A stretch of 64,000 nt of DNA, taken from NCBI GenBank assembly GCA_039591655.1, contig JBDHDE010000001.1, forward strand, positions 58,031-122,030. Direction: 5' to 3'. The notes under the pieces are model-generated. The model was not told where the DNA came from. It saw nothing but the letters and a program-made list of their open reading frames with translations, and ran no database searches. A program made the translations under genes and the position numbers. Positions within the stretch are counted from its first letter, which is position 1. Each line of letters starts with the position of its first letter. Shown here piece after piece: positions 27,626 to 37,554 of this stretch. The DNA comes from Gemmatimonadota bacterium (GTDB taxonomy: Bacteria > Gemmatimonadota > Gemmatimonadetes > Gemmatimonadales > GWC2-71-9).

Positions 27626-29720
27626 AACGAGATTCCGCCTGGCCTTCCGTGAATCGGTGCGTGAGGTCGGCGAGCATCGTGGCGATGGCGTCGAGCTCCC
27701 GCGCCGCCAGGCTGATGTGGTCCACCCCGCGTGCCACCGACTCCGCCCGCTCGCGTACAGCTTCCGCGTCGGTTCGATTGTGGGCCGAGATGTCCGCCAC
27801 GCTTCCGATCCGCTCTCCCAGCCGCTCCAGGGCCTCGCTCTGGCCTTCGGCCGTCTGAGCGATCCGCTGCGCGTGGTCCGTTGCGTCGTGCGTCGCGCGC
27901 ACGATCGCCGCCAGCGCCTCGAGGCCCTGTGAGCTCATGCTCTCGACGCCGCCCACTGCTACCCGACCGCGGCGCATCTGCTCGACGACCTCACTGAGGC
28001 GTCCCTGCATCGCTTCGACCAGCTGACCGGCGTCTCCGGCTGCGCCCGCGCTCTGCTCGGCGAGGCTGCGCACCTCCCGCGCCACCTCGGCGAATCCCCT
28101 CCCATGTGAGCCGGCCCGCGCTGCCTCGATGGCTGCGTTGAGCGCCAGCAGGTTCGTCAGATCCGCGAGTTCCCGAATGGACGATAGGAACCGCACTATG
28201 TCCCGGGCTGCCGCGCCGAGTTCCCCTACCTTCTCGGAGCTCTCGGTGACGAACGACTCGAGGGAGACCAGCCGTTCCATCGCCTCGCCAATGGTCTGGC
28301 GATGCCGCTCGGCCACTTCACTCGCAGTCCCGCTGGCCGTGGCGGCTTCGGAACTGTCGCTCACGACCCGTCCGGTGGCTTGGCTGAGCTCCCGCGTGGC
28401 GCTGAGGCCGTCTGCGACTACGGCGTCCTGCTGCGAGAGTCCGGTTCCGATGGCCTCGGTGGAAGCGGTCATCGAGCGCGCCGCCTCCCGGAGACCGTCA
28501 GCGAGCTTGCCCAGCTCCCGGACCTGGAGCGCGACCCGGTCCACCGTATCGAGCAGGGGTTCTCGGAGGTCGGCGATGTGCAGCAGCGTGGCGACCCGAT
28601 TGGCGCACGTCTCGATGATGGACTGCTGCCCGCGCCCGTAAACGCGGCGCTTGTGGTGCTCCAGCTCGAGGGTGCCCAGCAGCTCCTCACCAAACACGAG
28701 CGGGTGCACCACGACGCTCTGAATGCCGGCCGCCAGGCCCATGCCCCGAGGATCGTGCACGACGTCGTGGATCACGACGGCACGCCCTTGTGTTTCGGCC
28801 TCCTGGCGGAGGTCGTCCAGCTCCGGCGACGGCTCGCCATCCAGCACTGCACCGAGGCGACCACGGAAGATCAGGCTGAAGCCGTCCGACGTCTTGCGAT
28901 ACACGCGCAGGTCGCGCCAGTCCAGCACCCGATGGGCCAGCGCCTCGATCCGTGCCAGGGCGTCTTCCACGGCGAGGTTGCTGGTGATCACCCGCTCCAT
29001 GTTCTGGATCTTGGTCAGCTCCTCGGCCTGGATGGCTTCCTCCAGGATGCGCTTGAACACAAAGGCCGCGAGCACCAGAGGAACGATCACCAGAGGCCAC
29101 GCGAGGGGCGGCAGTTGCGTCACCGTGAATACCGCCGCCCCGGCGGAGCCGGCGGTCAGGCTGTAGGCGACGATCTCGTAGCGCTGGATGAAGACGCGCT
29201 CAGGGGCGGTGAGCTTGCTGCGGATGGTGAGGGTATAGTAGAACAGCACCCGCGATGCAACGAAGTAGCCGACAGTGAGGGCCACGAGCGCGGGGATGGC
29301 CTCCAGCGTGATGGGACTCGTGGCTCCGGCACCCACCAAGGCCGCCGCGTAGAAGCCGAAAGCGACCACCAGCGAGATGACCTCACGGGACACGTTGATC
29401 CACGCGGCCGTGGGCTCCTTGCGGAGCACGGCCCAGTCGGCGGCGAACAAACCCAGGGCCACCGCGAACAAGGTGGGGCCGGGTCCGACCAGCAGCGCCC
29501 CTGCCAGGCTCGCCACACCTACCTGCGAGACGTAGGCGTACTTCCCCAGGGCGAGCTGGGGTACCCTGAGCAAGGTGGCGGCCGCGATGATGACCAGCAC
29601 TTCGCGCCACAAGTGCAGCGGCACAGGGTCCCAGACCAGCACGGCGGCGAGGATGATCGGGCCGGAGGTCGCCAGCAGCCTGGCGTAGCGCGCGACCACC
29701 TGGGGGGCGGTCGGCCTCAC
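27615..29720 (-). CDS. Methyl-accepting chemotaxis-like protein with multi-TM N-terminus and GAF domain
   Basis: About 7 TM segments, GAF-like region (VIHDVVHDPR, PLVFGEELLGTL), MCP hairpin TNLLALNAAIEAARAG..GRGFA.VA.EVR.LAE. Confidence 0.88.
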   Translation of the reverse strand: MRPTAPQVVARYARLLATSGPIILAAVLVWDPVPLHLWREVLVIIAAATLLRVPQLALGKYAYVSQVGVASLAGALLVGPGPTLFAVALGLFAADWAVLRKEPTAAWINVSREVISLVVAFGFYAAALVGAGATSPITLEAIPALVALTVGYFVASRVLFYYTLTIRSKLTAPERVFIQRYEIVAYSLTAGSAGAAVFTVTQLPPLAWPLVIVPLVLAAFVFKRILEEAIQAEELTKIQNMERVITSNLAVEDALARIEALAHRVLDWRDLRVYRKTSDGFSLIFRGRLGAVLDGEPSPELDDLRQEAETQGRAVVIHDVVHDPRGMGLAAGIQSVVVHPLVFGEELLGTLELEHHKRRVYGRGQQSIIETCANRVATLLHIADLREPLLDTVDRVALQVRELGKLADGLREAARSMTASTEAIGTGLSQQDAVVADGLSATRELSQATGRVVSDSSEAATASGTASEVAERHRQTIGEAMERLVSLESFVTESSEKVGELGAAARDIVRFLSSIRELADLTNLLALNAAIEAARAGSHGRGFAEVAREVRSLAEQSAGAAGDAGQLVEAMQGRLSEVVEQMRRGRVAVGGVESMSSQGLEALAAIVRATHDATDHAQRIAQTAEGQSEALERLGERIGSVADISAHNRTDAEAVRERAESVARGVDHISLAARELDAIATMLADLTHRFTEGQAESRFDS

Positions 29721-30523
29721 GTCGCCTTCGCCGAGCCCACCGCAGCCCCGTCGAGGGCCGCCCGGAGCTCATGCATCAGGGCCCGCGCCGGGCCGAGCCC
29801 GTCCGCCAGTCGCCGTACCAGTGCACTGCCCACCACCACTCCGTCCGCATACTGCGCCGCCTGGGCCGCCTGCTCTCCAGTACCGATGCCGAAGCCGACG
29901 ACAACCGGAAGCTCCGTGGCCCGTCTCACTCGAGCTACGGTGTCAGCCACACCTGCATCGAGCCTCGTCGCGGCTCCGGTCACGCCCAACCGGGAGATGA
30001 CGTACACGAAGCCTCGTGCTCCCTGCAGGATCTGCCTCAACCGCAGGTCCTCCGTCGTGGGCGCCACCAGGGTGATGACGGCGAGCGCGCTACGGCTCAC
30101 CGCCAGCTCTACCTCGGGGTCCTCACCCCGCGGGAGATCGGTGAGCAGCAATCCGTCGATACCGGCCGCCGCCGCCTCGGCCAGGAAGCGGTCCAAGCCG
30201 TACGCCAGGATCGGGTTGAGGTACCCGAAGGCGATGACGGGAACCTCGAGGGCCGCCTCCCGGGCCAGCTCGAGGGCACCGCTCACGCTCATACCGTTCT
30301 CGAGGGCCACCTGCGTGGACCGTTGAATGGTCGGCCCGTCTGCCAAGGGATCACTGAACGGGATGCCCAGCTCGATGAAGTCGGCACCTGCATCCACCGC
30401 CATCGTCAGGGCGGCGAGACTCTCGTCGCGTGTGGGGTAACCGGCGGTGAGATAGGGGATGAGCGCCGGGCGTCGTGCCGCCGAGAGGCGGCTCCACCGC
30501 TCCCGGAGCGCCGCCTCAGACAA
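29717..30523 (-). CDS. trpA: Tryptophan synthase alpha chain
   Basis: Motifs YLTAGYP, IELGIPFSDPLADGPTIQ, GVTGA, GFGI, ADGVVVGS. Confidence 0.96.
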   Translation of the reverse strand: MSEAALRERWSRLSAARRPALIPYLTAGYPTRDESLAALTMAVDAGADFIELGIPFSDPLADGPTIQRSTQVALENGMSVSGALELAREAALEVPVIAFGYLNPILAYGLDRFLAEAAAAGIDGLLLTDLPRGEDPEVELAVSRSALAVITLVAPTTEDLRLRQILQGARGFVYVISRLGVTGAATRLDAGVADTVARVRRATELPVVVGFGIGTGEQAAQAAQYADGVVVGSALVRRLADGLGPARALMHELRAALDGAAVGSAKAT

Positions 30524-31991
30524 AGTAGTCCGATGGGTTGATGCCGTATGCTGCTGGGTCGGTCACCTTGATGATGGTACGCTTGAAGCCGCCGCCCGCC
30601 CCGACCTCCGCCAGGTCGGCGAGCGGTCCTTCCTCGATGCGGGCTCCTTCCGCCGTGAGCACGATCCGGACGACCGGCCGGTTGAGCTGGGACGGATCCG
30701 GGTTGGCGGAGTGCACGACGCCCACCTCGTAGGAATCGAGGATCACGCAGGTGCCCACGGGATAGATCCCCGTCAGGTTGATCAGCGCCTTGACCAGCAC
30801 CGGGTCCTGCCCCCGCCGCGGGTTCTCCCACATCTCCCGCAGCACCTGGTCCGGCTGCAGCGGGACCGTCTGGTACGAGCGCCGCGTGGTGGCCGCGTCG
30901 AACGCGTCGGCCACGGCCACGACCTTGGAGAACACGGAGAGCTCGCGCGGCCGGATCGTCTTGGGGTAGCCCGTCAGGTCCACCTTCATGTGGTGTTCGA
31001 AGGCGGTGATCATGGGCCGGTAGGGGATCTCCCCGTAGCCCCGCAGCCCGAACAGCGTGAGCACGCCGAGCCACGGGTGCGCCTGCATGATCCGCCACTC
31101 GTCGTCGCTCAGCGGCCCTTCCTTGTTCAACACCTCCAGCGGCACCCGGCTCTTCCCGAGGTCGTGGAACAGCGCGGCCAGCCCGAGATCGTAGAGCTGG
31201 AGCTTGGACAGCCCCAGGCGCTTCCCGATGGAGACCGAGAAGATCGTGACGTTCACCGAGTGGGTGAACGTGTACTCGTCATAGCCCCTGATCGTGGTCA
31301 GCCCGACCATGGAGACTTCGTTCTTGAGGACCTGGTCCACGATTCCCTGGACCGCCCGTTTCACCTTCTTGAGGCTGGCGGTGCGGCCCATGCGGACGCT
31401 GTTGATGACCTCCTTGGTGACGGTCACGGTCTGTTCGTAGGTCCGCTTGGCGACCTCCTTGGCCTTCTCATGGTCCTCGAGGTCCTCATCCGTCTCGATG
31501 GGAGGCTCGACGCGGATCCGCGTCACGTCCCCTTGGGCCAGTTTCTGCTGCAGCTCCTGGATCTTCCCGGGCGCCGCCTCCTGCGTCGCGGCGCTGAGGA
31601 TGAGGGAGATGAGCACCTGCCACTCCCGGCGGTCCGCGTCCTGGTCCGCCTCGAGCCGGCCCACGCCCGCCTGCCGGAACGTGGTGAGCACGTGGCCGAA
31701 GGTGGCGAAGTTGTCGAGGTCGAGTCGCAGACGGGTGGCGTTCACGAACAGGAACTCCCCGGCGACCCGCACCTCCAGCTCTTTCTCGACTTGGAACACC
31801 CCCTTGGCCCGGACGACGAGATCGTCGAGGGAGCGTTGCGCCTGCTCGTTCTCGATGGGGTAGAGCTTGAGGTTTCGCAGCGCCGCGTAGAAGCCGACGA
31901 GGAACTCGCGGCCCGCCTGGCGGAGCTGCTGCTCCGCCCTGGCGTCCACCAGCGAGCCGCGGCCCTCGGCCGACGCCTGGGAGTCGGTCAT
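30516..31991 (-). CDS. HD-GYP domain protein (putative cyclic dinucleotide phosphodiesterase)
   Basis: Motifs YTFTHSVNV, LFHDLGK, HPWLG, EHH...GYP, VADAFDA..RRSY, GIYPVG; N-terminal K..LYP.ENE helical domain. Confidence 0.9.
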   Translation of the reverse strand: MTDSQASAEGRGSLVDARAEQQLRQAGREFLVGFYAALRNLKLYPIENEQAQRSLDDLVVRAKGVFQVEKELEVRVAGEFLFVNATRLRLDLDNFATFGHVLTTFRQAGVGRLEADQDADRREWQVLISLILSAATQEAAPGKIQELQQKLAQGDVTRIRVEPPIETDEDLEDHEKAKEVAKRTYEQTVTVTKEVINSVRMGRTASLKKVKRAVQGIVDQVLKNEVSMVGLTTIRGYDEYTFTHSVNVTIFSVSIGKRLGLSKLQLYDLGLAALFHDLGKSRVPLEVLNKEGPLSDDEWRIMQAHPWLGVLTLFGLRGYGEIPYRPMITAFEHHMKVDLTGYPKTIRPRELSVFSKVVAVADAFDAATTRRSYQTVPLQPDQVLREMWENPRRGQDPVLVKALINLTGIYPVGTCVILDSYEVGVVHSANPDPSQLNRPVVRIVLTAEGARIEEGPLADLAEVGAGGGFKRTIIKVTDPAAYGINPSDYFV

Positions 31992-31992
31992 C

Positions 31993-33696
31993 TCAGGGCA
32001 TCTCCTTCAGAGCCTTGGCCACGGCGTTGCGCACCAGCGGCTCCTTGTCGCCGGTGGCGGCATTCAGTGCCTTTCTTGCCTCGGGCGTGCCGATCTTCCC
32101 CAGCGCCATCGCGGCGCAGGCGCGGGTCTGGGGATCGGCCTTGCGCCGGAAGAACCCCTTCGGCACCAGCATCGGCGCGAGCTTCCCGATCCCTGCCTCC
32201 CCTGCCAGCGTGCCGTACGCCTCGAAGAACGCGGTCTTCTCGGTTAGATCGGCACCGCGCAGGCCTTTGCCGCTCAGCGCGGACTCGATTTGGGGGAAGG
32301 CAGCCCGGTGGCCCTGAGCCGCCATGGCCCGGACCGAGGCTATGCGCACGTCGCGGTCGGCGTCGTCCACCGCCCGCTCGAGCTGCTGCATCGCACCGGG
32401 CGTCGCGATGCCGGCCAAGGCCTCTACCGCCGCCCGCTTCACCTGGATGCTCGCACCATCCATGAGGGCTCCCAGGCCCGGCACCGCCGGCGGGAGCTTG
32501 GAGTGACTGATCACACGGATCGCTTCCAGCAGCACGCCCTCGTCGGGGGTCTTCAGCACCTCTGCAATGATCTGGGGGTGAGCCTGCGCCAGCCTGATCG
32601 CCGCCGCGTCCAGCAGCTTGCGCACCTGCTCGTTGCCCAGGCGGGGGAGCCAGCCCAGGATGGACTCGAGTGCTTCGGGGCGCAGCTCGCGGAACAGCTC
32701 GGTGAGCTCGGCCTCCGTGGGATGGGCCATCGCTTCGTCGAGCGACTGCAGCAGCTGCCCCAGGACGTCCTCCTCCGACAGCCGGGCAGGGAGAGCCTGC
32801 AACGAGTCCCGATGCTCGGGAAGGACCTCCCGTGCCCGCTGGAGCACGGTGCGGATCTCCCGGAGGATATACGCCACCGACTGGAAGTCGCTGCCAGCGA
32901 GCAGGTATGGAATGAAGTTCTCGAGGATCGAGATGAGCTCCGCGCGCACAGTGCTGTAGGTTTGGAGCTCCAGCACGTCGAACAGCATGGAAAGCACGTT
33001 GACGCGCAGGTCCTGGGCGTACTCCCGCTCGATCTCAGCTTTGAGGTACGCGATCTCCTTCTCATCGAGGAAATACAGGGTCGAGTCGAAATCCTCGACC
33101 GAGACAGTGGCGGGTCCCCGCGAGGTCTCCTCTTCGGCGAGTTCCTGGGTGACCTGCTGCTTGACGTCCTCAGGCGTGGCGGCCGCCGCCCCGAACTCGA
33201 GACCCTCCTCCCGATCGATGTGCGGCGCATCGTCCGCCGCGAGATCGACGGCGTGATACCGGATCTGCTGGAAATCCTCTTCCCACAGCAGCGTCAAGAG
33301 GTCATCCGGCGCGTCGGCGGGGAGCGTGCGCACCTTGTGGATGACGTTGAGGAACTTGACGATCTCGCCGTCCTCCACACCGGGCGACAGGCTGAACGAC
33401 CGCACGCCATCCTTGTAGAGCACCCAGGCGACGCTGTCGGACTTGCTCGGCTGCCCGAGCACCTCCTGGCCCTCCCATACCAGATCCGTCTCCGCCACCG
33501 AGATCTCCAACTCGGCGCACCGCACCCAAACCGGCTCGAACGACCGCTGGAGGTTTTCCATTGCGCGCTGGTAGACCGGGTTGTTCGGCAGGTAGAGCTG
33601 GACCGCGCGCAGTGCCTTGACCAGGAACTGCAGCATCTGCTGGACGGCGGTCGCGTCCTCGATCAGCTCCGGGTTCTGCGTCGTCGGCTCGGTCAC
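31993..33696 (-). CDS. HEAT-repeat domain protein
   Basis: N-terminal LYLPNNP domain; C-terminal repeats such as [42 protein letters not shown]. Confidence 0.82.
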   Translation of the reverse strand: MTEPTTQNPELIEDATAVQQMLQFLVKALRAVQLYLPNNPVYQRAMENLQRSFEPVWVRCAELEISVAETDLVWEGQEVLGQPSKSDSVAWVLYKDGVRSFSLSPGVEDGEIVKFLNVIHKVRTLPADAPDDLLTLLWEEDFQQIRYHAVDLAADDAPHIDREEGLEFGAAAATPEDVKQQVTQELAEEETSRGPATVSVEDFDSTLYFLDEKEIAYLKAEIEREYAQDLRVNVLSMLFDVLELQTYSTVRAELISILENFIPYLLAGSDFQSVAYILREIRTVLQRAREVLPEHRDSLQALPARLSEEDVLGQLLQSLDEAMAHPTEAELTELFRELRPEALESILGWLPRLGNEQVRKLLDAAAIRLAQAHPQIIAEVLKTPDEGVLLEAIRVISHSKLPPAVPGLGALMDGASIQVKRAAVEALAGIATPGAMQQLERAVDDADRDVRIASVRAMAAQGHRAAFPQIESALSGKGLRGADLTEKTAFFEAYGTLAGEAGIGKLAPMLVPKGFFRRKADPQTRACAAMALGKIGTPEARKALNAATGDKEPLVRNAVAKALKEMP

Positions 33697-34871
33697 GAAT
33701 TTCGTTCCGCCTGTGCCGCCACCTGAGCGACGTCCTTGTCACCCCGTCCGCTCAGGGTAAGCAGCACAGCGTCAGCTGCGGTCCACTCAACGCCCGAATC
33801 GAGTATCCACGCCAGAGCATGCGCGCTCTCTAGGGCCGGCAAGATACCCTCCATGCGACCGAGCGCGTCGAAGGCGTCAAGCGTCTGTTGGTCGGTCACC
33901 GTCAAATACTGCACTCTCCCGGAATCGCGCAAGTGCGCGTGCTCCGGCCCGACACCCGGGTAGTCGAGCCCGGCGGCAATAGAATGGGCCCCCGAAACCT
34001 GGCCGTCCGTGTCCTGTAGCACATAGCTGCGGCTGCCGTGCAGTACCCCAGGCCGCCCCGCCACGAGAGAGGCTGCGTGCCGGCCGCTCTCGAGGCCTTC
34101 ACCCCCTGCCTCGACGCCGACCAGCCGCACCTCGGCGTCGTTCAGGAACGCGGCGAACATACCCAGGGCGTTCGACCCCCCACCCACACAGGCCACGACC
34201 CACTGGGGCAGCTGACCTACCCGCTCCAGGACCTGCTGGCGAGCCTCGCGGCCGATGACCGCCTGAAAGTCGCGCACCATCCGCGGAAACGGATCGGGGC
34301 CCACCACCGATCCGATCACGTAGTGCGTCGTCGTCACGTTGGTCACCCAATCCCGCAGCGCCTCGTTGGTGGCGTCCTTCAACGTCCGCGTGCCCGAGTG
34401 CACGGGCACCACCGTGGCGCCCAAGACCTCCATGCGGAAGACGTTCAACTGCTGCCGCTCCATGTCGCGCTTGCCCATGTACACCACGCACTCCAGGCCG
34501 AAGCGCGCACAGGCCGTGGCGGTGGCGACGCCGTGCTGCCCGGCACCCGTTTCCGCAATGATGCGCCGCTTGCCCATCCGGCGCGCCAGCAGGACCTGGC
34601 CCAGCGTGTTGTTGATCTTGTGCGCCCCGGTGTGGAGCAGATCCTCGCGCTTGAGCAGCACACGACACCCCACCCGCTCGGACAGCCGCGGCGCTTCGGA
34701 CAGCGGTGTGGGCCGGCCCGCGTAGGTGCGGAGCAGATCGGTCAGCTCGTCCTGAAAGGAAGAATCCCGAGCGGCCTCGTCGTGCACCCGGGCCAGCTCC
34801 TCCAGGGCGGCGATCAGGGTCTCGGGCACGTAGCGGCCCCCGTACGGTCCGAAGCGCCCCAGCGCCTTCAC
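33693..34871 (-). CDS. trpB: Tryptophan synthase beta chain
   Basis: Motifs [55 protein letters not shown]. Start GTG 34871. Confidence 0.97.
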   Translation of the reverse strand: MKALGRFGPYGGRYVPETLIAALEELARVHDEAARDSSFQDELTDLLRTYAGRPTPLSEAPRLSERVGCRVLLKREDLLHTGAHKINNTLGQVLLARRMGKRRIIAETGAGQHGVATATACARFGLECVVYMGKRDMERQQLNVFRMEVLGATVVPVHSGTRTLKDATNEALRDWVTNVTTTHYVIGSVVGPDPFPRMVRDFQAVIGREARQQVLERVGQLPQWVVACVGGGSNALGMFAAFLNDAEVRLVGVEAGGEGLESGRHAASLVAGRPGVLHGSRSYVLQDTDGQVSGAHSIAAGLDYPGVGPEHAHLRDSGRVQYLTVTDQQTLDAFDALGRMEGILPALESAHALAWILDSGVEWTAADAVLLTLSGRGDKDVAQVAAQAERNS

Positions 34872-35707
34872 CGGCGATCTCCGGCCCGCGGCACCGAGGC
34901 ACCGCCGGCATCCGGCCGGCCCCCGGGACGGCGTGGCACGCCGCACAGCTCCCCCGCGGCCCATGCGGGGTCCTGAGCCCGGGCCAGCGCAGTTCCCACC
35001 AGAACCGCATCGGCACCCCACTCGGCCACCCGCTGGACATCGTCTCGGGTGGCGAGCCCGCTCTCCGCCACCGCGATGACCCCGGCCGGCACCCGCCGCA
35101 GGACCGGCTCGATGGCCGACAGATCCACCGCAAAGGTCTCGAGATCGCGGCTGTTGACGCCCACCGACTCGGGTTCCAGGGCGAGTACCCGGTCCAACTC
35201 CGCCGGGTCGTGGACCTCGAACAACCGGGCGAGCCCGAGCTCCTGGGCCGCGTGAGCGAGGTCTGCCAGGAGTACCCCCTCCAGGGCACGTGCGATGAGC
35301 AGCACCGCGCTCGCCCCGGCCGCCCGGGCCTCGTAGAGCTGCACCGGATCGATGATGAAATCCTTGCGCAGCAGTGGCACCTGCACCGCGCCGCGGACCT
35401 CCTCGAGATCGGCCAGGGAGCCCCCGAAGTGAGCTCCCTCGGTGAGTACCGAAATCGCCCGGGCCCCACCGGCGACGTAGGCCGAGGCCCGGGTGGCGGG
35501 CTCGAGGTCGCTGGCGATGGTGCCGGCCGACGGCGAGCGGCGCTTGATCTCCGCGATGAGCGCCACATCCGCGCCGACCAGCACCTCGCGCCACGCCGGG
35601 GGGACCGGCGCTGCGCTGGCCTCGGACTCGAGCTCGGCCGCGCGCCCCCGCAGAGCACGCACCTGTCGGCGCGTCGCCTCGAGGATATGGGGCAGCCCGG
35701 CCGTCAC
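34868..35707 (-). CDS. trpC: Indole-3-glycerol phosphate synthase
   Basis: Motifs [34 protein letters not shown]. Start GTG 35707 inferred. Confidence 0.94.
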   Translation of the reverse strand: MTAGLPHILEATRRQVRALRGRAAELESEASAAPVPPAWREVLVGADVALIAEIKRRSPSAGTIASDLEPATRASAYVAGGARAISVLTEGAHFGGSLADLEEVRGAVQVPLLRKDFIIDPVQLYEARAAGASAVLLIARALEGVLLADLAHAAQELGLARLFEVHDPAELDRVLALEPESVGVNSRDLETFAVDLSAIEPVLRRVPAGVIAVAESGLATRDDVQRVAEWGADAVLVGTALARAQDPAWAAGELCGVPRRPGGRPDAGGASVPRAGDRR

Positions 35708-35716
35708 GAGAAGTGT

Positions 35717-35764
35717 TTGCGCTTCGGGGTGTATTCGGGTATATTCATTTCGGCGTTCTTTCGG
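35717..35764 (+). promoter_or_regulatory. lexA promoter (TTGCGC-N17-TATATT) overlapped by two TTCGG-N6-TTCGG direct-repeat pairs (candidate LexA operator)
   Basis: -35 at 35717-35722, -10 at 35740-35745; TTCGG at 35723, 35734, 35749 and 35760. Confidence 0.6.
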
Positions 35765-35786
35765 TAACGGCTCGACAGGAGCGACG

Positions 35787-36395
35787 ATGCCCCTCACCCG
35801 CCGGCAGAAGGAAATCCTGGATTTCCTCCAAACCTATATATCAGAGCAGGGCTATGCCCCTTCGTTCGAGGAGATCGCAGAGCATTTCTCGTTCCGGTCC
35901 CTCGCCACGGTGCACGAGCACCTGACGAACCTCGAGCGCAAGGGGTACATCCAACGCGGCCACAATGAGAGTCGCGCCATCGAGATGGTACCGCCCCCGG
36001 GTCAGGCGGGTGCGACGGAGCTGCCACTGCTCGGTCAGGTCGCCGCCGGCGAGCCCATCGAGGCCACGGTGACCCCCGAGACCATATCCGTGCCCAACGA
36101 CCTGATCCCTCGCCGCGGCGCCTGTTATGTACTGCGCGTCCGCGGTGAGTCGATGATAGAGGAGCACATCGAGAGTGGCGACTTCGTTGTCATCCACGGA
36201 CGCGACGATGCCGACAACGGTGAGATGGTGGTGGCGCTGGTGGATGGCACCTCTGCCACGGTGAAGCGGTTCTACCGCGAGGCGGGCGGCTGGATCCGAT
36301 TGCAGCCGGCCAATGAGAGCATCCGCCCCATCCGCGTCCATGAGGACAACGTGCTCATCCAGGGGGTCGTGGTGGGCGTCATCCGGAAGTACTGA
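35787..36395 (+). CDS. lexA: SOS repressor LexA
   Basis: wHTH MPLTRRQKEIL...PSFEEIA...HL..LE.KGYI.R; cleavage site VAAG; catalytic GESM and TVKR. RBS AGGAG. Confidence 0.96.
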   Translation: MPLTRRQKEILDFLQTYISEQGYAPSFEEIAEHFSFRSLATVHEHLTNLERKGYIQRGHNESRAIEMVPPPGQAGATELPLLGQVAAGEPIEATVTPETISVPNDLIPRRGACYVLRVRGESMIEEHIESGDFVVIHGRDDADNGEMVVALVDGTSATVKRFYREAGGWIRLQPANESIRPIRVHEDNVLIQGVVVGVIRKY

Positions 36396-37434
36396 CCGCA
36401 CCATCGTCCCGCAGACGCTCCAGCGCCGCCGCGGCCGCCCCGTCCTCCAGCGCCCCGGCGGCGCGCTGCATTGCGGCGGCGAGATCCGGCTCCAGGCCCG
36501 CGACATACACGGCGGCTCCCGCATTGAGTATCACCGCCGCTCGCCCCACCGGGTCCGCCGCAGGGTCGCTCAGCAGGCGGCGCACCCGGGAGGCGTTTGC
36601 CGCCGGATCACCGCCTGCCAGAGCCGCGACGTCATCCTGCCCCAGTCCGAAGGAGGCGGGATCGATGCTCCCGCTGCTCACCTGACCGCCCCGCACCTCC
36701 CAGTAGCTGGTCAACCCGGCGGGGGCGATCTCGTCCATGCCCACCGTGGCGTGGACCACCAGTGCGTGCTGGGCGCCGAGGCGCGCCAACGCGTCTGCCA
36801 TCAGGGGAGCGCGCCGGGCATCGGCCACACCCACGAGCTGGCGACGCACACCCGCAGGGTTCGCCAAGGGCCCGACGATGTTCATGACGGTGGCGACGGC
36901 CAGCTCCCGGCGCACCGGGGCCACGTGCCGCATGGCGGGGTGAAATGCCGGAGCGAACAGGAACGCGATGCCGGCCCGGTCCAGGAGCTGCGCCGCGCGC
37001 TGTGCATCGCTGGCGATGTCCACGCCCAGAGCTTCCAGGACGTCCGCCGAGCCGCACTTCGAGGTATACGAGCGATTGCCGTGCTTGGCCACGACGGCGC
37101 CGGCGCCCGCCGCCACCAGGGCCGCGGCCGTGGAGATGTTGAAGGTGGTGACCTTCCCTCCCCCGGTGCCGCAGGTGTCTATCAGGTGGGCATCGTCGGG
37201 AACCGCCACCCGCACCATGGCGCCGCGCAACGCCCGCACCGCTCCTGCGATCTCCGCGGCGCTCTCTCCCCGCACACGCAGCCCCATGAGGAGTGCGCCT
37301 ACCTGCGCGGGCGTGGCTTCGCCTCTCATGATCTGGTCGAAGGCCTCGTAGCTGAGGGACTCAGCCAGGCCTTCCCCGCTCGCCAGGGAGGTGAGGGCGT
37401 GCTGGATCGGCGTGTTGCGCTGCGCGCTGCTCAT
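36379..37434 (-). CDS. trpD: Anthranilate phosphoribosyltransferase
   Basis: Motifs DTCGTGGG, FNISTA, AKHGNR, SGSAD-like CGSAD, GPLANP, GMDE. Start ATG 37434. Confidence 0.96.
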   Translation of the reverse strand: MSSAQRNTPIQHALTSLASGEGLAESLSYEAFDQIMRGEATPAQVGALLMGLRVRGESAAEIAGAVRALRGAMVRVAVPDDAHLIDTCGTGGGKVTTFNISTAAALVAAGAGAVVAKHGNRSYTSKCGSADVLEALGVDIASDAQRAAQLLDRAGIAFLFAPAFHPAMRHVAPVRRELAVATVMNIVGPLANPAGVRRQLVGVADARRAPLMADALARLGAQHALVVHATVGMDEIAPAGLTSYWEVRGGQVSSGSIDPASFGLGQDDVAALAGGDPAANASRVRRLLSDPAADPVGRAAVILNAGAAVYVAGLEPDLAAAMQRAAGALEDGAAAAALERLRDDGAVSTSG

Positions 37435-37518
37435 GGCGACTCCCGTCGGGCGGTCCCCGGAGCACCTATGATCTGCGCTTGCCCCGCCACTGTCAATCAT
37501 CGCAAGTCATTGTCCTGC

Positions 37519-37547
37519 TTGCTGCTAGGGGACAGGCCCCATATCTT
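37519..37547 (+). promoter_or_regulatory. Sigma70 promoter TTGCTG-N17-TATCTT, 7 nt upstream of the truA ATG (leaderless)
   Basis: -35 at 37519-37524, -10 at 37542-37547. Confidence 0.6.
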
Positions 37548-37554
37548 GCCGCCC

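Noticed and set aside
33693..35594. Apparent long N-terminal extensions or fusions in the ORF track (trpB, lysA, hisS, mgtE, truA, purB, lexA)
   Set aside because: The extensions are Arg/Gly/Pro-rich read-through of neighbouring genes in another frame; the conserved N-termini begin at the trimmed starts.
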